From NCBI RefSeq assembly GCF_963921235.1, contig NC_086107.1, positions 115,198,001 to 115,262,000 on the forward strand: 64,000 nucleotides of DNA, read 5' to 3'. Source of the DNA: Mobula hypostoma. Its lineage: Eukaryota. Position numbers and translations under genes: made by a program. Positions 1 to 12,960 of the stretch are shown here, one piece after another. Under the pieces are notes generated by a model, which did no database searches, was not told where the DNA came from, and saw only the letters and a program-made list of their open reading frames with translations. How positions within the stretch are numbered: position 1 is the first letter of the stretch; every line of letters starts with the position of its first letter.

Positions 1-3000
1 GTGATGGGACGGTGTGGAGGGAACTTCACTCTGGGTCTGATCCCGGGAGTGTGTGATGGGACGGTATGGAGGGAGTTTCACTCTGTGTCTGACCCCTGGA
101 GTGTGTGATGAGACGGTGTGGAGGGAGCTTCACTCTGCGTCTGACCCCAGGAGTGTGTGATAGGACGATGTGGAGGGAGTTTCAGTCTGTGTCTGACCCC
201 TGGAGTGTGTGATGAGAGGTGTGGAGGGAGCTTCACTCTGTGTCTGTTCCCCGGAGTGTGTGATGGGACGGTGTGGATGGAACTTCACTGTGTGTCTGAC
301 TCCGGCAGTGTGTGATGGGACGGTGTGGAGGGATCTTCACTCTGTGTCTGATCCCGGGAGTGTGTGATGGGACGGTGTGGAGAGTGTTTCACTCTGTGTC
401 TGACCCCTGGAGTGTGTGATGGGACGGTGGGGAGGGAGATTCACTCTGTGTCTGACCCCGGGAGTGTGTGATGGGACGGTATGGAGGGTGTTTCACTCTG
501 TGTCTGACCCCTGGAGTGTGTGATGGGACGGTGCGGAGGGAGTTTCACTCTGCGTCTGACCCCGGGAGTCTGTGATGGGACGGTGTGGAGGGAACTTCAC
601 TCTGTGTCTGACCCCGGGTGTGTGTGATGGGACGGTGTGGAGGGAAGTTCTCTCTGTGTCTGACGCCGGGAGTGTGTGATGGGACGGTGTGGAGGGAATT
701 TCACTCTGTGTCTGATCCCGGGAGTGTGGGATGGGACGGTGTGGAGGGAGATTCACTCTGTGTCTGACCCCAAGAGTGTGTAATGGGACGGTGTGGAGGG
801 AGATTCACTCTGTGTCTGATATCGGGAGTGTGTGATGGGACGGTGTGGAGGGAGCATCACTCTGTGTCTGACACCGAGAGTGTGTGTGATGGGACGGTGT
901 GGAGGGAGATTCACTCTGTGTCTGACCCCGGGAGTGTGTGATGGGACGGTATGGAGGGTGTTTCACTTCGTGTCTGACACCTGGAGTGTGTGATGGGACG
1001 GTGCGGAGGGAGATTCACTCTGTGTCTGACCCCGGGAGTGTGTGATGGGACGGTGTGGAGGGAGATTCACTCGTGTATGACCCCGGGAGTGTGTGATGGG
1101 ACGGTGTGGAGGGAAGTTCTCTCTGTGTCTGACGCCGGGAGTGTGTGATGGGACGGTGTGGATGGAATTTCACTCTGTGTCTGATCCCGGGAGTGTGGGA
1201 TGGGACGGTGTGGAGGGAGATTCACTCTGTGTCTGACCCCAAGAGTGTGTAATGGGACGGTGTGGAGGGAGATTCACTCTGTGTCTGACATCGGGAGTGT
1301 GTGATGGGACGGTGTGGAGGGAGCATCACTCTGTGTCTGACACCGAGAGTGTGTGCGATGGGACGGTGTGGAGGGAGATTCACTCTGTGTCTGACCCCGG
1401 GAGTGTGTGATGGGACGGTATGGAGGGTGTTTCACTCTGTGTCTGACCCCTGGAGTGTGTGATGGGACGGTGCGGAGGGAGATTCACTCTGCATCTGACC
1501 CCGGGAGTGTGTGATGGGACGGTGTGGAGGGAGTTTCACCCTGCGTCTGACCCCGGGAGTGTGTGATGGGACGTTGTGGAGGGTGTTTCACTCTGTGTCT
1601 GACCCCAGGAGAGTGTGATGGGACGGTGTGGAGGGAACTTCACTCTGTGTCTGACCCCGGGAGTGTGTGATGGGACGGTATGGAGGGAGTTTCACTCTGT
1701 GTCTGACCCCTGGAGTGTGTGATGGGATGGTGTGGCGGGGGAACTTCATTCTATGTCTGATCCCGGGAGAGTGCGATAGAACGGTGTGGAGGGAGCAGCA
1801 CTCTGTGTCTGACCCCGGGAGTATGTGATGCGACGGTGTGGAGGGAGATTCACTCTGTGTCTGACCCCGGGAGTGTGTGATGGGACGGCGTGTAGGGAGA
1901 TTCACTCTGTGCCTGATCCCGGGAGTGTGTGATGGGACGGTATGGAGGGAGTTTCACTCTGTGTATGACCCCTGGAGTGTGTGATGGGATGGTGTGGAGG
2001 GGGCACTTCATTCTATGTCTGACCCCGGGACTGTGTGATGGGACGGTGTGGAGGGAGATTCACTCTGTGTCTGACCCCTGGAGTGTGTGATGGGATGGTG
2101 TGGCGGGGGAACTTCATTCTATGTCTGACCCCGGGACAGTGCGATGGGACGGTGTGGAGGGAGCTTTACTCTGTGTCTGATCCCGGGATTGTGTGATGGG
2201 ACGGTGCGGAGGGAGATTCACTCTGTGTCTGACCCCGGGAGTGTGTGATGGGACGGTGCGGAGGGAGATTCACTCTGTGTCTGACCCCGGGAGTGTGTGA
2301 CGGGACGGTGTGGAGGGAGTTTCACCCTGCGTCTGACCCCTGGAGTGTGTGATGGGACGTTGTGGAGGGAGTTTCACTCTCTGTCTGACCCCAGGAGAGT
2401 GTGATGGGACGGTGTGGAGGGAACTTCACTCTGTGTCTGATCCCGGGAGTGTGTGATGGGACGGTGTGGAGGGAGATTCACTCGTGTATGACCCAGGGTG
2501 TGTGTGATGGGACGGTGTGGAGGGAAGTTCACTCTGTGTCTGACCCCGGGAGTGTGTGATGGGACAGAATGGAGGGAACTTCACTCTGTGTCTGACCCCG
2601 GGAGCGTGTGATGGTACGGCGTGGAGGGAGATTCACTCTGTGTCTGACCCCGGGAGTGTGTGATGGGACGGTGTGGAGGGAACTTCACTCTGTGTCTGAT
2701 CCGGGAGTGTGTGATGGGACGGTATGGAGGGAGTTTCACTCTGTGTCTGACCCCTGGAGTGTGTGATGAGACGGTGTGGAGGGAGTTTCACTCTGTGCCT
2801 GACCCCGGGAGTGTCTGATCCGACGGTGTGGAGGGAGCTTCACTCTGCGTCTGACCCCAGGAGTGTGTGATGGGACGGTGTGGAGGGAGTTTCACTCTGT
2901 GTCTGACCCCTGGAGTGTGTGATGAGAGGTGTGGAGGGAGCTTCACTCTGTGTCTGTTCCCCGGAGTGTGTGATGTGACGGTGTGGATGGAACTTCACTG

Positions 3001-6000
3001 TGTGTCTGACTCCGGGAGTGTGTGATGGGACGGTGTGGAGGGATCTTCACTCTGTGTCTGATCCCGGGAGTGTGTGATGGGACGGTGTGGAGGGTGTTTC
3101 ACTCTGTGTCTGACCCCTGGAGTGTGTGATGGGACGGTGGGGAGGGAGATTCACTCTGTGTCTGACCCCGGGAGTGTGTGATGGGACGGTATGGAGGGTG
3201 TTTCACTCTGTGTCTGACCCCTGGAGTGTGTGATGGGACGGTGCGGAGGGAGATTCACTCTGCGTCTGACCCCGGGAGTGTGTGATGGGACGGTGTGGAG
3301 GGAACTTCACTCTGTGTCTGACCCCGGGTGTGTGTGATGGGACGGTGTGGAGGGAAGTTCTCTCTGTGTCTGATCCCGGGAGTGTGGGATGGGACGGTGT
3401 GGAGGGAGATTCACTCTGTGTCTGACCCCAAGAGTGTGTAATGGGACGGTGTGGAGGGAGATTCACTCTGTGTCTGACCTCGGGAGTGTGTGATGGGACG
3501 GTGTGGAGGGAGCATCACTCTGTGTCTGACACCGAGAATGTGTGTGATGGGACGGTGTGGAGGGAGATTCACTCTGTGTCTGACCCCGGGAGTGTGTGAT
3601 GGGACGGTATGGAGGGTGTTTCACTCCGTGTCTGACACCTGGAGTGTGTGATGGGACGGTGCGGAGGGAGATTCACTCTGTGTCTGACCCCGGGAGTGTG
3701 TGATGGGACGGTGTGGAGGGAGATTCACTCGTGTATGACCCCGGGAGTGTGTGATGGGACGGTGTGGAGGGAAGTTCTCTCTGTGTCTGACGCCGGGAGT
3801 GTGTGATGGGACGGTGTGGATGGAATTTCACTCTGTGTCTGATCCCGGGAGTGTGGGATGGGACGGTGTGGAGGGAGATTCACTCTGTGTCTGACCCCAA
3901 GAGTGTGTAATGGGACGGTGTGGAGGGAGATTCACTCTGTGTCTGACATCGGGAGTGTGTGATGGGACGGTGTGGAGGGAGATTCACTCTGTGTCTGACA
4001 CCGAGAGTGTGTGCGATGGGACGGTGTGGAGGGAGATTCACTCTGTGTCTGACCCCGGGAGTGTGTGATGGGACGGTATGGAGGGTGTTTCACTCTGTGT
4101 CTGACCCCTGGAGTGTGTGATGGGACGGTGCGGAGGGAGATTCACTCTGCATCTGACCCCGGGAGTGTGTGATGGGACGGTGTGGAGGGAGTTTCACCCT
4201 GCGTCTGACCCCGGGAGTGTGTGATGGGACGGTGTGGAGGGTGTTTCACTCTGTGTCTGACCCCGGGAGTGTGTGATGGGACAGAGTGGAGGGAATTTCA
4301 CTCTGTTTCTGACCCCAGGAGTGTGTGATGGGACGGCGTGCAGGGAGATTCACTCTGCGCCTGACCCCGGGAGTGTGTGATGGGACGGTGTGGAGGGAGC
4401 TTCACTCTGTGTCTGACCCCGGGAGTGTGTGATGGGACGGTATGGAGGGAGGTTCACTCTATGTCTGACCCCAGGAGAGTGTGATGGGACGGTGTGGAGG
4501 GAGCTTCACTCTGTGTCTGACCCCGGAAGTGTGTGATGGGACGGTGTGGAGGGAGATTCACTCGTGTATGACCCCGGGTGTGTGTGATGGGACGGTGTGG
4601 AGGGAAGTTCACTCTGTGTCTGACCCTGGGAGTGTGTGATGGGACGGTGTGGAGCGAGCTTCACTCTGTGTCTGACCCCAGGAGCGTGTGATGGGACGGT
4701 GTGGAAGGAACTTCACTCTGTGTCTGACCCTGGGAGTGTGTGATGGGACGGTGTGGAGGGAGCTTCACTCTGTGTCTGATCCCAGGAGTGTGTGATGGGA
4801 CGGTGTGGATGGAACTTCACTGTGTGTCTGAGCCCGGGAGTGTGTGATGGGACGGTGTGCAGGGAGCTTCATGCTGTGTCTGACTCCAGGAGTGTGTGAT
4901 GGGACGGTGTGGAGGGAGCATCACTCTGTGTCTGATCCCAGGAGTGTGTGACGGGACGGTGTGGAGGGAACTTCACTCTGTGTCTGATACCGGGAGTGTG
5001 TGATGGGACGGTGTGGAGGGAGATTCACTCTGTGTCTGACCCCTGGAGTGTGTGATGGGACGGTGGGGAGGGAGAGTCACTGTGTGTCTGACCCCGGGAG
5101 TGTGTGACGGGACGGTGTGGAGGGAGTTTCACCCTGCGTCTGACCCCTGGAGTGTGTGATGGGACGGTGTGCAGGGAGCTTCACGCTGTGTCTGACTCCT
5201 GGAGTGTGTGATTTGACGGTGTGGAGGGAGCATCACTCTGTGTCTGATCCCAGGAGTGTGTGATGGGACGGTGTCGTGGGAGCTTCACTCTGTGTCTGAC
5301 CCCGGGAGTGTGTGATGGGACGGTATGGAGGGAGGTTCACTCTATGTCTGACCCCAGGAGAGTGTGATGGGACGGTGTGGAGGGAACTTCACTCTGTGTC
5401 TGACCCTGGGAGTGCGTGATGGGACGGTGTGGAGGGAGATTCACTCGTGTATGACCCCGGGAGTGTGTGATGGGACAGTGTGGAGGGAATTTCACTCTGT
5501 GTCTGACCCCGGGAGTGTGTGATGAGACGGTGTGAAGGAAGATTCACTCTGTGTCTGACCCCGGGAGTGTGTGATGGGATGGTGTGGAGGGAGCTTCGCT
5601 CTGTGTCTGACCCCAGGAGTGTGTGATGGGACGGTGTGGAGGGAGATTCACTCGTGTATGACCCCGGGAGTGTGTGATGGGACGGTGTGGAGGGAAGTTC
5701 TCTCTGTGTCTGACGCCGGGAGTGTGTGATGGGACGGTGTGGATGGAATTTCACTCTGTGTCTGATCCCGGGAGTGTGGGATGGGACGGTGTGGAAGGAG
5801 ATTCAGTGTGTCTGACCCCGGGAGTGTGTGATGGGACAGTGTGGAGGGAGCTTCACTCTGTGTCTGACCCCGAGAGTGTGTGATGGGACGGTGTGGAGGG
5901 AGCTTCACTCTGTGTCTGACCCCTGGAGTGTGTGATGGGATGGTGTGGAGGGGGAACTTCATTCTATGTCTGACCCCTGGAGTGTGTGATGGGACGGCGT

Positions 6001-6288
6001 GGAGGGAGTTTCACTCTGCGTCTGACCCCTGGAGTGTGTGATGGGACGGTGTGGAGGGAGTTTCACTCTGCGTCTCACCCCTGGAGTGTGTGACGGGACG
6101 GTGTGGAGGGAGTTACACTGTGTGTCTGACCCCAGGAGAGTGTGATGGGACGGTGTGGAGGGAACTTCACTCTGTGTCTGACCCCGGGAGTATGTGATGG
6201 GATGGTACGGAGGGAGTTTCACTCTTTGTCTGACCCTGGGAGTGTGTGATTGGACGGTGTGGAGGGAGTTTCACTCTATGTCTGACCC
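1..6288. repeat. 52-bp minisatellite array (~120 units) in MTO1 intron, with higher-order structure
   Basis: Unit GAGTGTGTGATGGGACGGTGTGGAGGGAGCTTCACTCTGTGTCTGACCCCGG repeats throughout with point variants; the array runs off the left edge. Confidence 0.97.
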
Positions 6289-6720
6289 ATTTTTTTTTGA
6301 ACAAAATTCTTTATTACAAATGTCAGTGCTATACAATATTTACAAAACCAGTGACTAACATATTTACTGCACTGCAAACAGACAATACATTTAAACCAAT
6401 ATATTGCCATCCTCATCAATGATGGCATTTACACCCTGCGGAGCCCAACGGTCCCGGAACACCTCTACGGTCGCCGTGGACTGTGCATATTCCTTTTCAA
6501 TGTTTACCCGGGCACGAACATACCCCCTAAACATAGCCAGGCAGTCCGCCCGGAGAGAACCTCCTGCCACCCTTTTCCAGGAGCCACGAATGGCAATTTT
6601 CGCCAGCCCCAGGAGCAAGTTGACAAGGACATCCTCATCCCTCTGTGCCCCCCTCCTTACTGGATGACCATATATGAATAGGGTGGGACTGAAATGCAAC
6701 CAGAAGGCGAGAAGCAGCCT
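6289..6720 (-). mobile_element. 5'-truncated Tx1/L1-clade LINE 3' end with poly(A)
   Basis: ORF2 C-terminus-like peptide (FWLHFSPTLFIYGH...VNLLLGLAKIAI...FRGYVRARV...FRDRWAP). AATAAA and A9 tail (T-run 6290-6298). Candidate 14-bp TSD TCTRTGTCTGACCC at 6275-6288 and 6721-6734. Confidence 0.8.
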
Positions 6721-7065
6721 TCTGTGTCTGACCCCGGGAGTGTGTGATGGGACGGTGTGGAGGGAGATTCACTCTGTGTCTGACCCCGGGAGTGTGTGAT
6801 GGGACGGTGTGGAGGGAGATTCACTCTGTGTCTGACCCCGGGAGTGTGTGATGGGACGGTGTGGAGGGAGATTCACTCTGTGTCTGACCCCGGGAGTGTG
6901 TGATGGGACGGTGTGGAGGGAGTTTCACTCTGTGTCTGACCCCGGGAGTGTGTGATCGGATGACGACAGGGGAGATTCACTGTGTCTGATCCCGGGAGTG
7001 TGTGATCGGACGGTGTGGAGGGAGATTCACTGTGCCTGACCCCGGGAGTGTGTGATCGGATGGCG
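6721..7065. repeat. 52-bp minisatellite, continuation after the LINE insertion
   Basis: Same unit; degenerates near the MTO1 splice donor. Confidence 0.95.
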
Positions 7066-7080
7066 ATGGGGGACTCCCAC

Positions 7081-7280
7081 CTGAATGTGCCTCTTGTAGA
7101 GGTCTCGGTCCACCTGAGCTCGCAGCCCCCACACAGCCGGTCCCTTGCGGCGGTTCAGGACGTGGAAGTGGATCCCGGCTCGGTCGCAGATCCTCGCGCA
7201 GAGGCCGTCCAGTGCGTCCACCTCGCGCATGAGGTGCCCTTTCCCCACCCCACCAAACGATGGGTTGCAGGACATCTCAC
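7081..7280 (-). CDS. MTO1: MTO1 (GidA/MnmG-family mitochondrial tRNA modification enzyme) coding exon 2
   Basis: [67 protein letters not shown] is the GidA signature. ccaccag acceptor, gtggga donor; 200 nt, phase 1 to 0. Confidence 0.95.
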
Positions 7281-7581
7281 CTGGTGGGGGCAACAGACAG
7301 GCGGGGGGTGAGAGTCATTTATCCAGAGCTTGGCTCACTCTTCCCTCCTCTACTCCCCACCCTCCCGCACTCTCCTTCTCCCTCCTTCTCACCTCTCCAA
7401 ATCCTCTTTCCTCTGCTGTATCTCTCACCCCTCCCCAACTCTCTCTTCCCTCCGTTCTTGGCACATGAATCCAAAACCGGGATCTCTGGAGCCAAGAGTC
7501 GTTTCTCCCCTCCTTCTCCCAGCCCGCTGTCAAATTCGCCCCCTCTCCATCTCCAGTGCCCCCGCTCGCCCCATCCTGTAC

Positions 7582-7825
7582 CGATCTTCGCTGCTTTCTG
7601 GGTGATCAGCAGGGTCCTAGCGCCCGCCCTGGCCGCCGCTGCTGCTGCTTCCACACCAGCATGTCCTCCCCCCACCACGACCACAGTGTAGGCACTCCGC
7701 TCCTCCTCCTCCATCTCCCGGTCCGCTGCCCCAGTGGTGGCGACGCTCCTGGGAAATCCCCGCACCCCGGACCCCCGGGGGGGCCTGAGGCACCGGAGCG
7801 CCCGCTGCACTTGTCCTGGGATCAT
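7582..7825 (-). CDS. MTO1: MTO1 first coding exon (targeting peptide plus FAD-binding motif)
   Basis: [18 protein letters not shown]...[37 protein letters not shown]. Arg-rich N-terminus and GxGxxG-type motif; donor G|gtacag is phase 1, matching the next exon. An acceptor (tcttgcag) lies 3 nt before the ATG. Confidence 0.9.
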
Positions 7826-7984
7826 TGCCTGCAAGACAGATGGAAGGGCAGGGAGTCAGTCATCCAGTGCTTCCCCCCCACTAGCCACTGCGATAACACT
7901 CCCGCTAGGTGAGCAGCGCAAACCAGGTACCACCGGGAACGGGGAGGCGAGTCACAGACTTCAGAAGCTCAACGAAACTGGATT

Positions 7985-8170
7985 TGGAGTTGGTTCATTC
8001 TTGTCACCTGTACCAAGGGGGGTAGTGAGAAAAGCCTGAAGTGTGTTTTGTTCACATACGGATCAATCCATTACAACAATGTGCTGGGGTAGAACACAGG
8101 GAAACTATAACAGAATGCAGAAAGAAGCCACAATTACAGAGCAAGTGCAGGTAAACAATAAGATGCAGAG
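7985..8170 (-). mobile_element. Rex/Babar-type 3' tail fragment
   Basis: Reverse complement resembles the tails at 12555-12680 and 34900-35080. Confidence 0.5.
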
Positions 8171-8249
8171 GGGAGGGGGAAAGAGAGGGAGAGACAGACA
8201 GAGACAGACAAGGGACAGGCAGAGAGACAGAAAGAGTTACACTCTCTCT

Positions 8250-10590
8250 GCCTGAGTGATAGACAGATTGTGTGTCTGTGCCTTGCTGCTGGTTTATAAG
8301 TTGCGTGTACCAAGGTTTAGTGAGAAGTTTGCTTCGCGTTGTTGGTGTCGGCTATCGGCCTTTCTCACTGCTTCCACTGGTAACTTGCCAGGAAGGTGGG
8401 GGTGGAGGAGTAGTGGGGAGGCATGGGGGGAGAGACAGATTTGAGAAGAACAAGGGCTCATTGGGAGAAATTTTTACTTTTGCCAAGAAAAAGCAGCGAC
8501 GTGCAAGAGGAGGAGCCATTGTTGGAGTGGGCCAGTGTTAGAATGGTCAGGCTTTGGCTCAACAGCCAGAGGCTACGGGTGTTGAGTAATTTGCTATCGT
8601 TTGTTTATGATTGTGGAACTTGACTTGAGAAGTTGAAGAGACTGAGTAATTTGCTATCGTTTGTTTATGATTGTGGAACTTGACTTGAGAAGTTGAAGAG
8701 ACTGAGTCAACAGTTTCAGAGAGAAAGAATGGGTAACAAAAGGTAAACGTATGTTATTGTCTGTAAATCCTTAGTCCAGTGTTGGTAGAATGTTTAAGGT
8801 GGTGGAATGCTCCTAAGGTGATATGTGAGATTTCAGGTTACATAACAGTCTCCACAATGACTATACCTGCAAGAAGTGTACCCAACTTCACCTGGTTGAC
8901 AAAGTCGAGGAAATGGAGGTGGAAGGGCCATCCCAGAAGCTGAAAACATCAAAGATGAACCTTTTTCTGAGGAGGTCACACCCAGAGTACAGGCTTCGGA
9001 CAGTGGATGGCCAAAAGGACTCAGTGGTCAGTGCAGGTTTCCCCTGTGGCCACTCCCTCAGCAACAAGTACGCGCCTTTTTCTGTGGCTGAGGGGTGGGG
9101 GTGATGACCCATCACAACACAGCAGCAGGAGCTGGGCACTGTGGCTGGTTCGGAGGCTCAGCAGGGAAGGGTAAAGTCCGGCAAAGCAATAGGAGACTCG
9201 ACGGTTAGCGAGCGGACAGGAGATTCCGTGGCCAGGATGATGTGTTACCTCACAGGTGCAAGGGTCCATGATGTCTCAGAATATTCTCAAGGGAGAGAAT
9301 GAGCAGCCAGAGGTCATGGTGCAGACTGGAGGGAATTAGGAAGGAGGCTGAAGAACAGGACCTCTGAGGTTGCAATATCTGGATGACTCCCAGTGCCGTG
9401 TGCTGGTCAGGGCAGGATTAGGATGATAGTACAGATGCATGAACGGCTGAGGAACCGGTGTTGGGGCAGCATTTCAGGCTCTTGGGCTATTGGAACCTCT
9501 TCTGGGGCCAGGAGTGAACTGTGCAAGAGCAACAGGTTGTTCCCAAGTCTGAGGGGAACCAATATCCTGGCCAAGAAGTTCACCAGTACTGACCGGGATG
9601 GTTTAAACAAGCTTGGCAGGGAGTGGGAATCAGAAAACTCGGTCAGAAAGTGGAGGGATGGACAGGAAGGTGGATGTCTGTGATTACAGGCAGAAGCAAA
9701 GTCTGAGATACAATGGGACAACTGGTTTGAAGTGTGTGTATTTTAATGCTGGGAAATTTATAGGTAAAGGTGGTGAATTTGGAGCAGGGATCAGCACATG
9801 GAACTATGATGTTGTGGCTATTACAGAGACGTGGTTGAGAGAGGGAAAGGAAAAGGCACTTGCCAGGGTTTCGATGCTTTAGAGAGGGAGGTAAAAGAGG
9901 TGGGGGAGTGCACTGCTAATCAGGGACGCTATCACAGCTACACTCAGAATGGACAGAATGAAAGGCTCACCCACTGAGTCTATTTGGGTAGAGCTCAAAA
10001 ACAGGAAGACTGCAATCACTCTGGTGGGATGTACTACAGACCCCCGATAGCCACCAGGACATTGAAGAACAGATAACGCAGACAGATGAAGGAAAGGTGT
10101 AAAAACTGTGGGGTTGTGTCATGGGAGACTTCAGCTTCCCAAAAATAAACTGGGACCTTCATTCTGCAAGACGTTTAGACCGGGGCAGAACTTGTTAGGT
10201 GCATCCAGGAGGGTTTCTCAAGTCAAAATGTTGATAGTCTGACAGGAGGAGGAGCTGTAGTGGATCTGGTGGCCAGGTTACCAACCTTACGCTGGGAACA
10301 GTGACCTTAAGTTTTAAGACAGCAATAGATAAGCATAAGCGGGAGAGTATTAAATTGGAGCAGGGCAAATTACCAGACCATTAGGCAGGAACGAGGGAGA
10401 GTCAACTGGGAAGAGCTGTTTGTGGGCAAGTCCACATCTGACAATTTAAAGACCAACTGGACAGAGTACAGGACACTATATTCTAGTCAGGAGGACAGTC
10501 AAGGGCGGCAAGGTAAGAGAACTTTGAATGTTGAGGGTGGTGATGAACTTCGCCAAGAAGAAAAAGGAACCATATGTCAAACTCAGGTGT
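8250..10590 (+). mobile_element. Degraded CR1 LINE (ORF1 zinc finger and SGNH esterase, ORF2 APE endonuclease)
   Basis: YTCKKC..L, IGDS motif, LKCVYFNA...WNYDVVAITETWL; many frameshifts; exact 60-bp tandem duplication at ~8583-8705. Confidence 0.85.
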
Positions 10591-10849
10591 CTCCGCCCAG
10601 GACTTGCACGGCTAACAGTAGTGAAAACTGAGAGGAAATTGAAAGAGAAAGCTGCACCTGTGTACCTTTGACGGACAAGTGGACTCAAAGTCAGCCAGAG
10701 AAAGACTGAGACCACGAGCCTCAAAGTAAAGACTCCTCCTCCTGTCAAACCACATGGCTTTCATTTGACACATCAAGGGCAGAGGAAACACAGGAGACCA
10801 AAGGCAACCAGAGAGGCAGAAATGAGGGCCGTGAACCAAACCTGTGTTT

Positions 10850-12553
10850 CACCCTGGAATGTGTGATGAGACGGTGTGGAGGGAGCTTCACTCTGTGTCT
10901 GACCCCGGGAGTGTGTGATGGGACGGTGTGGAGGGAGTTTCACTCTGTGTCTGACCCCGGGAGTGTGTGATGGCACGGTGTGGAGGGAGCTTCACTCTGT
11001 GTCTGACCCCGGGAGTGTGTGATGGGACGGTGTGGAGGGAGCTTCACTCTGTGTCTGACCCCGGGAGTGTGTGATGGGACGGTGTGGAGGGAGATTCACT
11101 CTGTGTCTGACCCCGGGAGTGTGTGATGGGACGGTGTGGAGGGAGCTTCACTCTGTGTCTGACCCCGGGAGTGTGTGATGGGACGGTGTGGAGGGAGCTT
11201 CACTCTGTGTCTGACCCCGGCAGTGTGTGATGGGACGGTGTGGAGGGAGCTTCACTCTGTGTCTGACCCCGGGAGTGTGTGATGGGACGGTGTGGAGGGA
11301 GCTTCACTCTGTGTCTGACCCCGGGAGTGTGTGATGGGACGGTGTGGAGGGAGCTTCACTCTGTGTCTGACCCCGGGAGTGTGTGATGGGACGGTGTGGA
11401 GGGAGCTTCACTCTGTGTCTGACCCCGGGAGTGTGTGATGGGACGGTGTGGAGGGAGTTTCACTCTGTGTCTGACCCCGGGAGTGTGTGATGGGACGGTG
11501 TGGAGGGAGCTTCACTCTGTGTCTGACCCCGGGAGTGTGTGATGGGACGGTGTGGAGGGAGCTTCACTCTGTGTCTGACCCCGGGAGTGTGTGATGGGAC
11601 GGTGTGGAGGGAGCTTCACTCTGTGTCTGACCCCGGGAGTGTGTGATGGGACGGTGTGGAGGGAGCTTCACTCTGTGTCTGACCCCGGGAGTGTGTGATG
11701 GGTCGGTGTGGAGGGAGATTCACTCTGTGTCTGACCCCGGGAGTGTGTGATGGGACGGTGTGGAGGGAGCTTCACTCTGTGTCTGACCCCGGGAGTGTGT
11801 GATGGGACGGTGTGGAGGGAGCTTCACTCTGTGTCTGACCCCGGGAGTGTGTGATGGGTCGGTGTGGAGGGAGATTCACTCTGTGTCTGACCCCGGGAGT
11901 GTGTGATGGGACGGTGTGGAGGGAGCTTCACTCTGTGTCTGACCCCGGGAGTGTGTGATGGGACGGTGTGGAGGGAGCTTCACTCTGTGTCTGACCCCGG
12001 GAGTGTGTGATGGGACGGTGTGGAGGGAGCTTCACTCTGTGTCTGACCCCGGGAGTGTGTGATGGGACGGTGTGGAGGGAGCTTCACTCTGTGTCTGACC
12101 CCGGGAGTGTGTGATGGGACGGTGTGGAGGGAGATTCACTCTGTGTCTGACCCCGGGAGTGTGTGATGGGACGGTGTGGAGGGAGCTTCACTCTGTGTCT
12201 GACCCTGGGAGTGTGTGATGGGACGGTGTGGAGGGAGTTTCACTCTGTGTCTGACCCCGGGAGTGTGTGATGGGACGATGTGGAGGGAGATTCACTCTGT
12301 GTCTGACCCCGGGAGTGTGTGATGGGATGGTGTGGAGGGAGCTTCACTCTGTGTCTGACCCTGGGAGTGTGTGATGGGACAGTAAGGAGGGAGTTTCACT
12401 CTGTGTCTGACCCTGGGAGTGTGTGATGGGACAGTGCGGAGGGAGTTTCACTCTGTGTCTGACCCCATGAGTGTGTGATGGGACGGTGTGGAGGGAGTTT
12501 CACTCTGTGTCTCACCGCGGGAGTGTGTGATGGGGCATGTGGAGGGAGCTTCA
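10850..12553. repeat. Highly homogeneous 52-bp minisatellite array (~33 units)
   Basis: Near-identical consensus units, far less diverged than the 1-6288 array. Confidence 0.97.
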
Positions 12554-12554
12554 T

Positions 12555-12960
12555 GTTAAGACTATTGAACGATACTCGTTCAACAGAATGTACTGTGTAA
12601 TGATCTGATCTGTATGAACAGTATGCAAGGCAAGCTTTTCACTGGATGTTGATACATGTGAAACCAATAAACCAATCTACTAAACCATTGGGAATCTCAG
12701 GAGAGTCCTGAGCAGCTGGGTAACTGTGTTAGGAACATTTTCATCCAGAGGGAGGTCCTACATGGAACCAGCTGCCAAAGGAAATGGTTGCGGCAGGTAC
12801 ATTAATGATGTTTAAAAGACACGAGGATGGGTACGTAGACAGGAAAGGTTTAAAGGGTTATCAGCGGAACGTTGGCAAACAGACTGGGTTAGACGGGAAT
12901 GTGGGTCACCAGGGACCAGTTGGGCCGAAGGGCCTGTTTCCACGCTGTGTGACTTCGCGA
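12555..12960 (+). mobile_element. Rex/Babar tail followed by CR1 3' end fragment
   Basis: GATCTGATCTGTATGAACAGTATGCAAG tail; CR1 3' motifs TGGAACCAGCTGCCA...TTTAAAAGAC...GGGCCGAAGGGCCTGTTTCC. Confidence 0.65.

Noticed and set aside
8583..8705. Exact 60-bp direct repeat as a regulatory element
   Set aside because: Simple local tandem duplication within a decayed CR1 5' region, or an assembly stutter
1..12553. CRISPR-like regular repeats and HTPGVRHRV-type ORFs
   Set aside because: Head-to-tail 52-bp units with no unique spacers, no cas genes and a eukaryotic context; the ORFs are translated satellite
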